Below are positions 38,935-46,710 of a stretch of DNA of 64,000 nucleotides, piece by piece (positions within the stretch are counted from its first letter, which is position 1; each line of letters opens with the position of its first letter). The stretch lies in IMG/VR virus record IMGVR_UViG_3300027983_002389, one strand, 5' to 3'. The notes beneath the pieces were generated by a model, which was given only the letters and a program-made list of their open reading frames with translations, made no database searches and was not told the DNA's origin. Position numbers and translations under genes: made by a program. Source of the stretch: a virus. Its lineage: Duplodnaviria; Caudoviricetes.

Positions 38935-38984
38935 TTATATTGGCTTTTATCAAAAGTTTTTGTTAAAAGCTGCATAGATAGTGT

Positions 38985-39479
38985 ATGAAAAAATGCACTA
39001 TTTGTAAGTTGGAAAAGAAGGAAGCTGAGTATAGTAAAAACAGATGTCGAAATGATGGTCTTCAAAACGTATGCAAAAATTGTAATGCACTGCGTTCAAG
39101 ACAGTATTATCTTGAAAAAACCGACGAGCATAGAGAGACAACAAAACTCCGTCGTAATAAGAAACGCCTAGAGCTAAAAAAGAAAATTGATGAATTAAGG
39201 GCGTTGTGTGGGTGTGCGAAATGTGGAGAACAGGATTATGTGTGTATTGATTTTCATCATACTAATCCCGAAGAAAAAGATTTCAATGTATCAATGTCTA
39301 CATCTTATGAGTGGCCTTGGTCCAAAGTTTTAGAGGAAGTATTGAAGTGCGTTTGTCTTTGTGCAAGTTGTCATCGAAAACTGCACGCCGGAAGGTTTGT
39401 GATTGAACCTAGTATGCTTTGTCAGATTGCATTAGAGACAAAAGGTTATGAAACTGCAAGATGTGACGGGAATGAGTGA
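38985..39479 (+). mobile_element. HNH homing endonuclease
   Basis: CxxC pairs, CAKCGE....IDFHH.NP, CLCASCHR..H. Confidence 0.85.
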
Positions 39480-39867
39480 CGCTGATCCGATTCATCGTTA
39501 CTTAGGGATGGTGGATAAATTCCTTGGGGATCACGATTGGTCTGACACCTATCGTAAACTCCTACAGGGCGAATTGATTGAGGCGATGTGGTTATGCCTC
39601 GGTCATCCAGTCCAATATCCAATAGTTGAAGATTATTGCCTCGATAACTTCGAGGAATATCTGAAACAAAAAGGCGAACCTGTAATCGCCGAAATTGTCT
39701 ACAAGTTGAGGCGACGAAAAGGGGAAGAAGGAATTGATAACCACGGTGTTCGAGTTGTTGTCATGTGGCTTGTTGCCAATATGGATGACCTGAAGGCAAG
39801 ATATTTGGAGGAAAGAAATCACCATCGGAAAATAACAGCCGATTGGGGTCCAAGTATGGTGATGTGA
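39448..39867 (+). CDS. hypothetical protein
   Basis: ORF. Confidence 0.6.
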   Translation: MKLQDVTGMSDADPIHRYLGMVDKFLGDHDWSDTYRKLLQGELIEAMWLCLGHPVQYPIVEDYCLDNFEEYLKQKGEPVIAEIVYKLRRRKGEEGIDNHGVRVVVMWLVANMDDLKARYLEERNHHRKITADWGPSMVM

Positions 39868-39872
39868 AATAT

Positions 39873-39962
39873 TTTCCGGTACGCTAATTGGTAAGCGGCG
39901 AAGCTGTTAACTTCGTGCAATCCGTCTCGCACGGTATGAAGGTTCGAGTCCTTCCTGGGGAG
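39873..39962 (+). tRNA. tRNA-Asn(GTT), long variable region
   Basis: CGAAG-CTGTTAA-CTTCG; 22-nt V region. Confidence 0.75.
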
Positions 39963-39987
39963 CTTGTTCCCGATAGGGAATAAAAAA

Positions 39988-40049
39988 TCCCGTTCGGGAA
40001 TAAATGGTGTTCATCAGCAATGATTTACATGATTTATTCCCGAACGGGA
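39988..40049. repeat. perfect 18-nt inverted repeat
   Basis: TCCCGTTCGGGAATAAAT / ATTTATTCCCGAACGGGA. Confidence 0.8.
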
Positions 40050-40053
40050 ATGA

Positions 40054-40127
40054 CGGGGTGTGGGCTAAAGGTGAGCCGCCTGATTTGGGATCAGGACATC
40101 GAGTGAGTTCGATTCTCACCACCCCGA
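40054..40127 (+). tRNA. tRNA-Pro(TGG)
   Basis: CCTGA-TTTGGGA-TCAGG. Confidence 0.85.
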
Positions 40128-40163
40128 CTGATTTTGTTCTTTGACAATTTGGTTGCCAATTAT

Positions 40164-40235
40164 GGCCTGTTAGACTTCGGGTGAGGTCGTCTGCTTCTCA
40201 GGCAGAATAGGTGGGTTTGACTCCCACACAGGTCA
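40164..40235 (+). tRNA. tRNA-Glu(CTC)
   Basis: TCTGC-TTCTCAG-GCAGA. Confidence 0.8.
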
Positions 40236-40242
40236 TTTATAT

Positions 40243-40313
40243 GGGGCGCTGGTATAACGGGATTACGTCTGCTTTGCAAGCAGATTATCGGGGTTCGATT
40301 CCCCGGCGCTCCA
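40243..40313 (+). tRNA. tRNA-Ala(TGC)
   Basis: G3:U70, TCTGC-TTTGCAA-GCAGA. Confidence 0.9.
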
Positions 40314-40321
40314 CTGAATTT

Positions 40322-40395
40322 CGGCATATGTTGTAGTGGTTTCTGCAAGCCGTCCTGATAAGACGGAAGTTCTGGTTCAATTCCAGGTATGCCGA
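40322..40395 (+). tRNA. tRNA-Ile(GAT)
   Basis: CCGTC-CTGATAA-GACGG. Confidence 0.85.
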
Positions 40396-40473
40396 CTGAA
40401 TTATGGAATTTATGGTGTAAAAAATAAAGACTTGCCGCACAGCAAAGAGTCTTGGATGGTACAAAATGATTAT

Positions 40474-40545
40474 AGGGACGTGGTGCAAAGGCTAACATGG
40501 CAGTCTCCAAAACTGTTGATCTCGGTTCGAGTCCGAGCGTCCCTG
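40474..40545 (+). tRNA. tRNA-Trp(CCA)
   Basis: GCAGT-CTCCAAA-ACTGT, G73. Confidence 0.9.
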
Positions 40546-40567
40546 CTGATTGGTTCTCGACAGTCAT

Positions 40568-40640
40568 TCCCTTGTAGCTCAATTGGTAGAGCGGCACGCT
40601 GTTAACGTGAAGGTTCTAGGTTCGAGTCCTAGCGAGGGAG
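40568..40640 (+). tRNA. tRNA-Asn(GTT)
   Basis: cloverleaf, CTGTTAA loop. Confidence 0.9.
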
Positions 40641-40660
40641 CTAGTTTGAAGTTTTTATAT

Positions 40661-40736
40661 TGCCGGGTATTCGGTGTTGGTATCCGTTCTCTGTCTTTGA
40701 AGCAGAAGGTCGCTGGTTCGATTCCAGCCCCGGCAG
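40661..40736 (+). tRNA. tRNA-Gln(TTG), atypical D arm
   Basis: TCTGT-CTTTGAA-GCAGA. Confidence 0.75.
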
Positions 40737-40765
40737 CTTGAGTGGTGACTCTATAGTGTTGTTGA

Positions 40766-40836
40766 TACTCTATAGTGTAATGGTAGCACACAACACTTTG
40801 ACTGTTGTAGTCATGGTTCGAGTCCATGTAGAGTAA
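40766..40836 (+). tRNA. tRNA-Gln(TTG)
   Basis: CAACA-CTTTGAC-TGTTG. Confidence 0.85.
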
Positions 40837-40839
40837 TTT

Positions 40840-41091
40840 GAGGGTAGTAGTGTGAATAGCCGACTGAGGCATCTTCACAAAAGTTGAAGGAAGTGCAAAG
40901 CTAAAACTGCAAGCAACAATTGCAAAAGCTATAAAAACCGTGAGTTAGGGGCAGGGCCTAAACAGGCTTGTAGACAATAACTTTGCACAGAGATCAATGA
41001 GTAGTGTTTTGAAGTAGGTTGGTAGGCAGCACAGAGGCATAAGCATTTGCAATTGGAGCCTTTGGTTTAGGTTCGAGTCCTAACGCCCTCG
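40840..41091 (+). ncRNA. about 250-nt tRNA-like RNA (tmRNA-like layout)
   Basis: GAGGGT/GCCCTC ends, TTAGG-TTCGAGT-CCTAA T arm, AGGC/GCCT inner helix. Confidence 0.5.
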
Positions 41092-41119
41092 CTTGTTTGT
41101 TTGATGATTGTTGATTTAC

Positions 41120-41192
41120 GGTTCCGTGGTGTAGTGGCACTGCATACCTCCCTGTCACGGAGAAGGTGCGAGTTCGATTCTCGTCGGGACCG
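41120..41192 (+). tRNA. tRNA-Asp(GTC)
   Basis: CTGTCAC loop, G73. Confidence 0.85.
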
Positions 41193-41194
41193 CT

Positions 41195-41266
41195 GTGATT
41201 GAAGCCAAACGGTGCGGCGTCTCTTTGTGAAAGAGATAATAGTGGGTTCGACTCCCATCAATCACC
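41195..41266 (+). tRNA. tRNA-His(GTG)
   Basis: TCTCT-TTGTGAA-AGAGA, C73; no encoded G-1. Confidence 0.85.
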
Positions 41267-41277
41267 TGTTAGTTTTT

Positions 41278-41350
41278 GGGCGTGGAGTTCGGTCGGTAGA
41301 ACATCCCCCTGTCACGGGGAAGGTTGCGGGTTCAACTCCCGTCACGCTCG
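41278..41350 (+). tRNA. tRNA-Asp(GTC)
   Basis: TCCCC-CTGTCAC-GGGGA. Confidence 0.9.
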
Positions 41351-41359
41351 CTGTTGAAT

Positions 41360-41431
41360 GCCTTCGTGGTATAGTGGTATTGCGCTTGCTTGGTAAGCAA
41401 GAAATTCTGGGTTCGATTCCCAGCGATGGCT
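41360..41431 (+). tRNA. tRNA-Thr(GGT)
   Basis: CTTGC-TTGGTAA-GCAAG. Confidence 0.85.
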
Positions 41432-41434
41432 CTT

Positions 41435-41507
41435 GATCTTGAAGCTCAAATGGATGAGCGACCACTTGTCTAGTGGAAGGTTGTAGGTTCGACTCCTACT
41501 GAGATTG
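41435..41507 (+). tRNA. tRNA-Asp(GTC), atypical loop
   Basis: CCAC-TTGTCTA-GTGG, G73. Confidence 0.7.
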
Positions 41508-41571
41508 CTATGTTCATTAGGTCTGCTAACTTGATGAACAGAAATGTTGCAGCGAATGGCAGTTCGTATGA

Positions 41572-41648
41572 GGGTGTGATCGTCTAGGTTGGTCTAGGAC
41601 ACCCGCCGTTTGAGGCGGGAGACATGGGTTCAAATCCCATCACATCTT
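41572..41648 (+). tRNA. tRNA of undetermined isotype (8-nt loop or 6-bp stem)
   Basis: CCCGC-CGTTTGAG-GCGGG; Glu/Asp-type D arm. Confidence 0.6.
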
Positions 41649-41659
41649 CGCAACTTTGT

Positions 41660-41732
41660 GTGTATGTGGCCGAGCGGCAAAGGCGCTAGTTTTCCAAACT
41701 GGTTTAGGTGGGTTCAACTCCCTCCATACACT
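41660..41732 (+). tRNA. tRNA-Gly(TCC)
   Basis: CTAGT-TTTCCAA-ACTGG, U73. Confidence 0.8.
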
Positions 41733-41740
41733 CAATTTTT

Positions 41741-41819
41741 GACCGTGGAAACGAAAGCTCCGTGGTGGAGCATCAGACTGCAAATCTGATGTTAAGAGGT
41801 TCGACTCCTCCTGCGGCCT
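41741..41819 (+). tRNA. tRNA-Cys(GCA) with extended acceptor-D linker
   Basis: TCAGA-CTGCAAA-TCTGA, U73; 9-nt linker. Confidence 0.7.
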
Positions 41820-41821
41820 CT

Positions 41822-41891
41822 GGCCATGTTGATGTAACGGTAGCAGGAAACCTTAAATGGTAATTTGAGTGGTTCGACTCCACAGTGGTCA
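41822..41891 (+). pseudogene. degenerate tRNA
   Basis: GTAACGGTAGC D-loop and GTGG-TTCGACT-CCAC, broken anticodon arm. Confidence 0.5.
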
Positions 41892-41901
41892 TTTATTTTA
41901 T

Positions 41902-41972
41902 AGCTCGTCCTGTGGATTCAGGCGTTGGGTCTACGAAACCCGATTGGATAGGTTCGATTCCTTCACGAGCTA
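41902..41972 (+). tRNA. tRNA-Arg(ACG), non-canonical core
   Basis: TTGGGT-CTACGAA-ACCCGA; AGCTCGT/ACGAGCT. Confidence 0.75.
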
Positions 41973-41980
41973 CTTGATTT

Positions 41981-42051
41981 GCCCGGTTGATGAAATGGTA
42001 TCGTGTCTGCATTACAAGCAGAATTCGGGGGTTCGATTCCCTCACCGGGTA
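41981..42051 (+). tRNA. tRNA-Val(TAC)
   Basis: TCTGC-ATTACAA-GCAGA. Confidence 0.8.
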
Positions 42052-42063
42052 CTGAGTATTTTT

Positions 42064-42135
42064 GGCCCATTCGTCTACTGGCTAGGACCGCTGTTTTTCA
42101 GGCAGCAGAAGACGGATCGAAACCGTCATGGGTCA
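42064..42135 (+). tRNA. tRNA-Glu(TTC)
   Basis: GCTGT-TTTTCAG-GCAGC. Confidence 0.8.
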
Positions 42136-42140
42136 CTTAG

Positions 42141-42290
42141 TTATTGGATCAATTAGTGTAACGGCAGCACGCCTCCGTGGAGGGGGAAGAGTGGTTCGAT
42201 TCCAATACCAACAACTAAATGAGACAAATTAGTGTAACGGTAGCACGCCTCTCACCAAGGGGAAGATTGGTTCGATTCCAATACTCATTT
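42141..42290 (+). ncRNA. tandem pair of tRNA-like RNAs with 5-nt anticodon loops
   Basis: both have TAGTGTAACGG.AGCACG, CCTC(C/T)-N5-(G/A)GGGG, TGG-TTCGATT-CCA and a bulged acceptor. Confidence 0.6.
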
Positions 42291-42292
42291 AT

Positions 42293-42374
42293 GCCGGGTT
42301 CGCATAGCGGCGATTGCACAGGTTTTGTAAACCTGCGGAGTTATCCCTCGTGGGTTCGAGTCCCACACCCGGCT
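42293..42374 (+). tRNA. tRNA-Thr(TGT), long variable arm
   Basis: CAGGT-TTTGTAA-ACCTG; V arm GGA-GTTA-TCC. Confidence 0.8.
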
Positions 42375-42403
42375 CTGAACATTTAACCTTTTGGGGAAAT
42401 ACT

Positions 42404-43127
42404 ATGGTGCGTCTTTGGCTCGAAACTGTGCGGATTTAGACCAACGGGTCGGTTACACTTAGGTCATTATTTCTCGGTGATTCAACCGGGACAGGCTGGG
42501 TGTACTGTACTGGTGGCAAACTATCATGCACCGGAGGTAAATAATCTGGAAGTTTCCGTGAACGCCTTACGGCAATACGGTGTCCAGACCATAGTGATTC
42601 AGAAGGATGTGTTTAACGCTGAATTGTTTTTTCGATTATTGACGCTCGCAAAAATGGGTGATCTTGGTCGAATGACACAATTCAAGTCAACGGAAGAGGA
42701 CGATAGAACTGGTCAATTGCTGACTTATCCTGTTCTTATGGCGCATGATGTTGCGGGTTACTCCGAGGTCATTGTGGGTCTGGATCAGAAGCAGCATTTG
42801 GAATATGCCAGAAAGCTGTTGAAAAAATACAACAGTGTATATGGCACGACATATCCAATCCCGATAGCCAATATCGTGGTGGGACGTGTCAAAGATTTGC
42901 GTGATCCGACGAAGAAAATGTCGAAGTCATCGCCGCAGGGATGTTTATTCCTTGATGATACGGTGGATGATATTCAACAAAAGATTCGGAAGGCGACCGC
43001 AGATGAAGAGGGCCTGAATAACTTGAAGTTTTTGTATGGGGAGTTTGTAAGAGAAACGCCTCCAACAAGCAATCAAGAACTGAAAGAGAAACTGGCTAAT
43101 TCGATTGTTATGCGTCTAAGGTGTTAG
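42404..43127 (+). CDS. trpS: minimal tryptophanyl-tRNA synthetase (about 240 aa), start in a different frame (+1 frameshift)
   Basis: GFRPTGRLHLGH upstream of the called ORF, YPVLMAHD, VGLDQKQH, KMSKS; RBS+ATG at 42404 is out of frame. Confidence 0.85.
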
Positions 43128-43184
43128 TGGCAGCATACTTGGCTCTTAACCAAGATGGTTCCGGTTCAAGTCCGGGTGGACGCA
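43112..43184 (+). tRNA. tRNA-Lys(CTT)
   Basis: CTTGG-CTCTTAA-CCAAG; overlaps trpS stop. Confidence 0.85.
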
Positions 43185-43194
43185 CTTGATGAAT

Positions 43195-43320
43195 GGGATG
43201 TGAGTACCTACTAGGGGAACCGAATTGATCTCATAAGGGTCAAAGTCAGGACTTGGTAAAAGTCACAAGTTGCCCTGACCGGGGCTTGTGACATAGCGGG
43301 TTCGAGTCCCGTTCATTCCA
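43195..43320 (+). ncRNA. tRNA-like RNA (CAT loop) with pseudoknotted variable region
   Basis: GCGGG-TTCGAGT-CCCGT, TTGAT-CTCATAAGG-GTCAA, GTCAGG/CCTGAC crossing GTCACAAG/CTTGTGAC. Confidence 0.6.
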
Positions 43321-43329
43321 CTTATTTAT

Positions 43330-43401
43330 GGCGTGTTCGACTTCTGGTGAGGTCATCTGCCTTTCAAGCAGATTAGATGAGATCGAAACTCATACACGTC
43401 A
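43330..43401 (+). tRNA. tRNA-Glu(TTC)
   Basis: TCTGC-CTTTCAA-GCAGA. Confidence 0.85.
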
Positions 43402-43736
43402 CTTGTTGGTGAAAGAGTTCATATACAGTTGCCCAAAATAAGGGCTACCAGGGTCATTTGAAGGCCACTGGAGAACTGGAATATTGGCCACCTGAAACCA
43501 ACAAAACGATTGAGAAAACCGAAAGAGATCGACAGCAGGCTTTCCGTCAAGCAACGCACGACGACGGCATTCAAAGTGTGAATAGAAATAAAGAGTATTA
43601 TGCTGTCGGCCACCTTTTGGTGATTTCTTTCACAACGGTTAGAGGGTTTGTACTCGACGCCGTGGATTGCCAATCTTGGGTGGGCGGCATTCCGAAAGTG
43701 CGATCTTTGACAATTCGGTAGAAATAAAGCCAAGAT

Positions 43737-43871
43737 GTGTCTGTGGTGTAAGCTGGTTTGGAGCAACGTGGAAACACGAAACACTACATTGCACGTGAAA
43801 TCATAATTCCGGCAAGACCGGGCTATATGATTAGCGTCTAATGCAATAGAGGTCGATTCCTTTCAGGCACA
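43737..43871 (+). ncRNA. tRNA-like RNA with internal inserts
   Basis: GTGTCTG/CAGGCAC acceptor, AGG-TCGATT-CCT T-like arm, ATTGCA/TGCAAT helix. Confidence 0.55.
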
Positions 43872-43906
43872 CTTCCTTTCAGGCACACTTCCTTTCAGGC
43901 ACACTT
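43857..43906 (+). repeat. 16-nt tandem repeat x3 of the RNA 3' end
   Basis: TTCCTTTCAGGCACAC x3. Confidence 0.9.
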
Positions 43907-43936
43907 CCCGATCCAGAAATGGATCGGATTTTTGAC

Positions 43937-44085
43937 TTGTCGTTCGTCTAAATATACGCTTCGGTGTATCTCAGGACGCCCGCACCGCTAACGCCCGCAC
44001 CGCTAATGCCGCTCAGCGGTTTGATGTGATAGGTTAGGTTGGAACTTCTCAAGCCGGGAGACGCAAGACGAACTTGCACGACAGT
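43937..44085 (+). ncRNA. tRNA-like RNA with D-loop and anticodon-arm inserts
   Basis: TTGTCGT/ACGACAG, GTCT/GGAC, CCCG/CGGG, GCAAG/CTTGC. Confidence 0.6.
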
Positions 44086-44093
44086 CTTTATAT

Positions 44094-44166
44094 GGTGATC
44101 GTAGTGTAGTGGTCTGCACGACTGATTGTGGATCAGTAAGTGGGAGTTCGATCCTCCTCGATGACC
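44094..44166 (+). tRNA. tRNA-His(GTG)
   Basis: G-1, ACTGA-TTGTGGA-TCAGT. Confidence 0.85.
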
Positions 44167-44268
44167 CTTGATATTTTTTCAAAATGGTTCACTCTTTTAA
44201 GTCGGTATTGATCGACTTCGAGATTCGGATATACTGATCTCGTCTCAACCTTAGAAAGAGAGAAAAAT

Positions 44269-45075
44269 ATGGACCCAAAATATACTGTCGGGCAAAAGGT
44301 TCTTTTTGCCAATCAAGAAGCCATTATTCGCAAGTTTGAAGAAAATGACGGAGTAGTCAAGTATTACTGCGAAGTTGGTGGTGTTCCGCTGACCATGTGG
44401 ATTCCTGAAGATTCTTTGGATGTCGGAAACCCTTCTGGACCGCCATCTGTATTCTTCAATCGCAGAATGCCACATTTGATGGTCGTAGATAATTTCTACA
44501 AAGACCCCGATGATGTGCGAGCTTTTGCCTTGGAGCAAGACTTCAAGCCGAACTTGAACAACTATAAGGGAAAGAGAACCGAGGAACGATTCCTGTGGCC
44601 TTTCCTCAAAGAAGAGTTTGAACGACTATTGGGTCGTCCGATTGTTGACTGGTTGAACCAGCCTTGCAATGGCTGCTTCCAGATTACTGGTTTCGATGAT
44701 CCGTTAGTTTGGCACTCGGACTTGCAGAGTTACGCCGCTGCGATATATTTGACGCCAGATGCCCCGGTAACTGCTGGGACGAGCTTCTGGAAAGATAAGA
44801 CACACGGAAGTCGCCGTCCGCCAAATCACCCGCTTGAGTTCGACCGATTCGATTCAGATGAAGCACGAGCTTTAGCGGCCAGTGAGATTTACAGCGGATA
44901 CAATATCCTTCACCCGGATAATTGGGAATTGGTCGATAAATTTGGAGCCGTATACAATCGGCTTGCAATTTGGGATGCTCAAATGATCCACTCGGCAAGT
45001 TCCTATGAAGGCATGGTAAGTGGCGATCCTGATAAGGCTCGACTTGTCCAATTGTTTTTCTTTACCGTAAGGTAA
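44269..45075 (+). CDS. 2OG-Fe(II) oxygenase-like (DUF6445-type)
   Basis: VVDNFYKDPD.VR, WHSD, IYLTP, GTSF, YNRL, HSA, RLVQLFF. Confidence 0.8.
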   Translation: MDPKYTVGQKVLFANQEAIIRKFEENDGVVKYYCEVGGVPLTMWIPEDSLDVGNPSGPPSVFFNRRMPHLMVVDNFYKDPDDVRAFALEQDFKPNLNNYKGKRTEERFLWPFLKEEFERLLGRPIVDWLNQPCNGCFQITGFDDPLVWHSDLQSYAAAIYLTPDAPVTAGTSFWKDKTHGSRRPPNHPLEFDRFDSDEARALAASEIYSGYNILHPDNWELVDKFGAVYNRLAIWDAQMIHSASSYEGMVSGDPDKARLVQLFFFTVR

Positions 45076-45078
45076 TCA

Positions 45079-45357
45079 ATGTCTTTCCGGCTGAGTAAAA
45101 AAGTTTCTCTCGAAAAAGGCGACAGGATACGAGTATCCGGTGGTCCTTATTTTCTCACTCAAGCCGGAACAAAAATCAACATGGGCGAGCGAGGAGTCGG
45201 GACATTTGTGGGATCGGAAGAAAACGGCGAGGCGATATACGTCAAATTTGACCGCACGTCTGCCCCAAGATTTGTATACATTGGGCCTGAGCGTTTATCG
45301 GAATCAACCGGGACAACGCTCAGGCCACATAAAATCGTCAAACTACGAAAGAAGTAA
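45079..45357 (+). CDS. hypothetical protein
   Basis: ORF. Confidence 0.6.
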   Translation: MSFRLSKKVSLEKGDRIRVSGGPYFLTQAGTKINMGERGVGTFVGSEENGEAIYVKFDRTSAPRFVYIGPERLSESTGTTLRPHKIVKLRKK

Positions 45358-45601
45358 GACCTTTGCTACACCGAACATTGTTGGCGACTTGCGGGTTTGA
45401 TTTCCCTGGTCTCAGTGTTTTTTCGAGGACGCCGTGCTTCGTGAGAATACGAACGACCTGCATTAGATCAGCCGATAGACTGCCTGGATGCCGGTATCCG
45501 GTTTCGAGGATGAATCGCACAAGTTGAACGTGGTTCACACCTTCGGGATGAACGTACACGGCATTGATGACGAGTTGCCGAAGGGTTTCTCGGTTTTTCA
45601 T
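45338..45601 (-). CDS. hypothetical protein (possible winged helix)
   Basis: ORF with AAGGA RBS. Confidence 0.5.
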   Translation of the reverse strand: MKNRETLRQLVINAVYVHPEGVNHVQLVRFILETGYRHPGSLSADLMQVVRILTKHGVLEKTLRPGKSNPQVANNVRCSKGLTSFVV

Positions 45602-45718
45602 GGCACTGATCCTTGAATTGTTTATAATTTACTTTGCCGATAATGGAACCGGCTACAAGTGTTTTTCTTAACACCCAAAGATTAGTCAAGCAAAGTTTGT
45701 GCCAACGGGAGAAAAGAG

Positions 45719-46051
45719 ATGTGGTATGTTCTGGATGACCAAAATGAACCAATTCCTGCGGACACGTTGGTTGCTGATCGGTTCCTGGAAGACCAGGGTG
45801 TGCGACGAACTGTCGCATACGACGCCATGCTTGACGGCAGTTTGTTGTCCACGGTGTTCATGTGTTTAGATCACTGCATGGGTCGTTCGGACGGGCCGGT
45901 TTTGTTCGAGTCGATGTGGTTTGGTGGTCCTCATGACGGGCATCAGCGACGGTACAAAACTTGGACTGAAGCTGAAGAAGGTCATGCCGATATGTTGGCG
46001 GCATATGGGGAATATCTGACCTATATGGCAGATAAATTAGCGAAGATGTGA
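45719..46051 (+). CDS. hypothetical phage protein
   Basis: STVF..LDH....PVLFESM.FGG...RY.TW.EA..GH pattern. Confidence 0.65.
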   Translation: MWYVLDDQNEPIPADTLVADRFLEDQGVRRTVAYDAMLDGSLLSTVFMCLDHCMGRSDGPVLFESMWFGGPHDGHQRRYKTWTEAEEGHADMLAAYGEYLTYMADKLAKM

Positions 46052-46055
46052 TTAT

Positions 46056-46126
46056 GCGGCCATGATGTAGTGGTAGCCTGTTTGCTTGCCGAGCAAGAAG
46101 TGCGAGTTCGATTCTCGCTGGCCGCT
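46056..46126 (+). tRNA. tRNA-Gly(GCC)
   Basis: TTTGC-TTGCCGA-GCAAG, U73. Confidence 0.75.
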
Positions 46127-46168
46127 TTAATTTCCATATAACCTCCACTATATAACAGTGGAGGTTAT

Positions 46169-46576
46169 ATGGAAACAACAAATTCAAAAGGTGACTTAGC
46201 TGTGGCTAAGGTTCATTTGCTTTCTATTGAAAAAGGTTTTATTGTAAGTAAACCATTATCGGATTCTGCTCGATACGATTTAATTGTTGATGATGGGGCC
46301 TTGAAAAGAACGCAGATTAAATATGCCGATGGAAAAGGATCGCACGGATCACAGGGCGTTGTTCGAGTTGCTTTAGAAAAGAAGTACAAAGACAAAATTC
46401 TTTTTTATTCGGAAAAGGATATTGATTTGCTTTTGGTTTATATTCCTAAAATAGATCGAATTTGTGCATTCAAATCAGATATATTTGCAGGAAGAAAAAA
46501 TTTGTATATTAGATACGAACCTGCTAAGAACGGGCAAAAAAAAGGTTGTCTTAGTGCGTCTGATTATTTTTGGTAG
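46169..46576 (+). mobile_element. PD-(D/E)XK homing-type endonuclease
   Basis: KGDLA, RYDLIVD, QIKY, Y...DID; AT-rich. Confidence 0.8.
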
Positions 46577-46579
46577 TAT

Positions 46580-46651
46580 GCGACTATGGTGTAGAGGTTG
46601 TCACGCTTGCTTGCCAAGCAAGAGGATAGGGTTCGAGTCCCTGTAGTTGCT
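46580..46651 (+). tRNA. tRNA-Gly(GCC)
   Basis: CTTGC-TTGCCAA-GCAAG. Confidence 0.8.
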
Positions 46652-46710
46652 CTGAGGTTCTCTTGGTGTGAGGCCAGGGGCTAAGTAGAATGCGAGTTCA
46701 GCCTTTTCAT

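Noticed and set aside
40160-42156. Short ORFs on both strands in the tRNA array
   Set aside because: They are translations of tRNA genes (for example GFEP/GIEP from T arms).
43405-43730. ncRNA or 87-aa ORF between tRNA-Glu and the 43737 element
   Set aside because: Only scattered short helices and a TTG-start ORF without motifs; neither is supportable.
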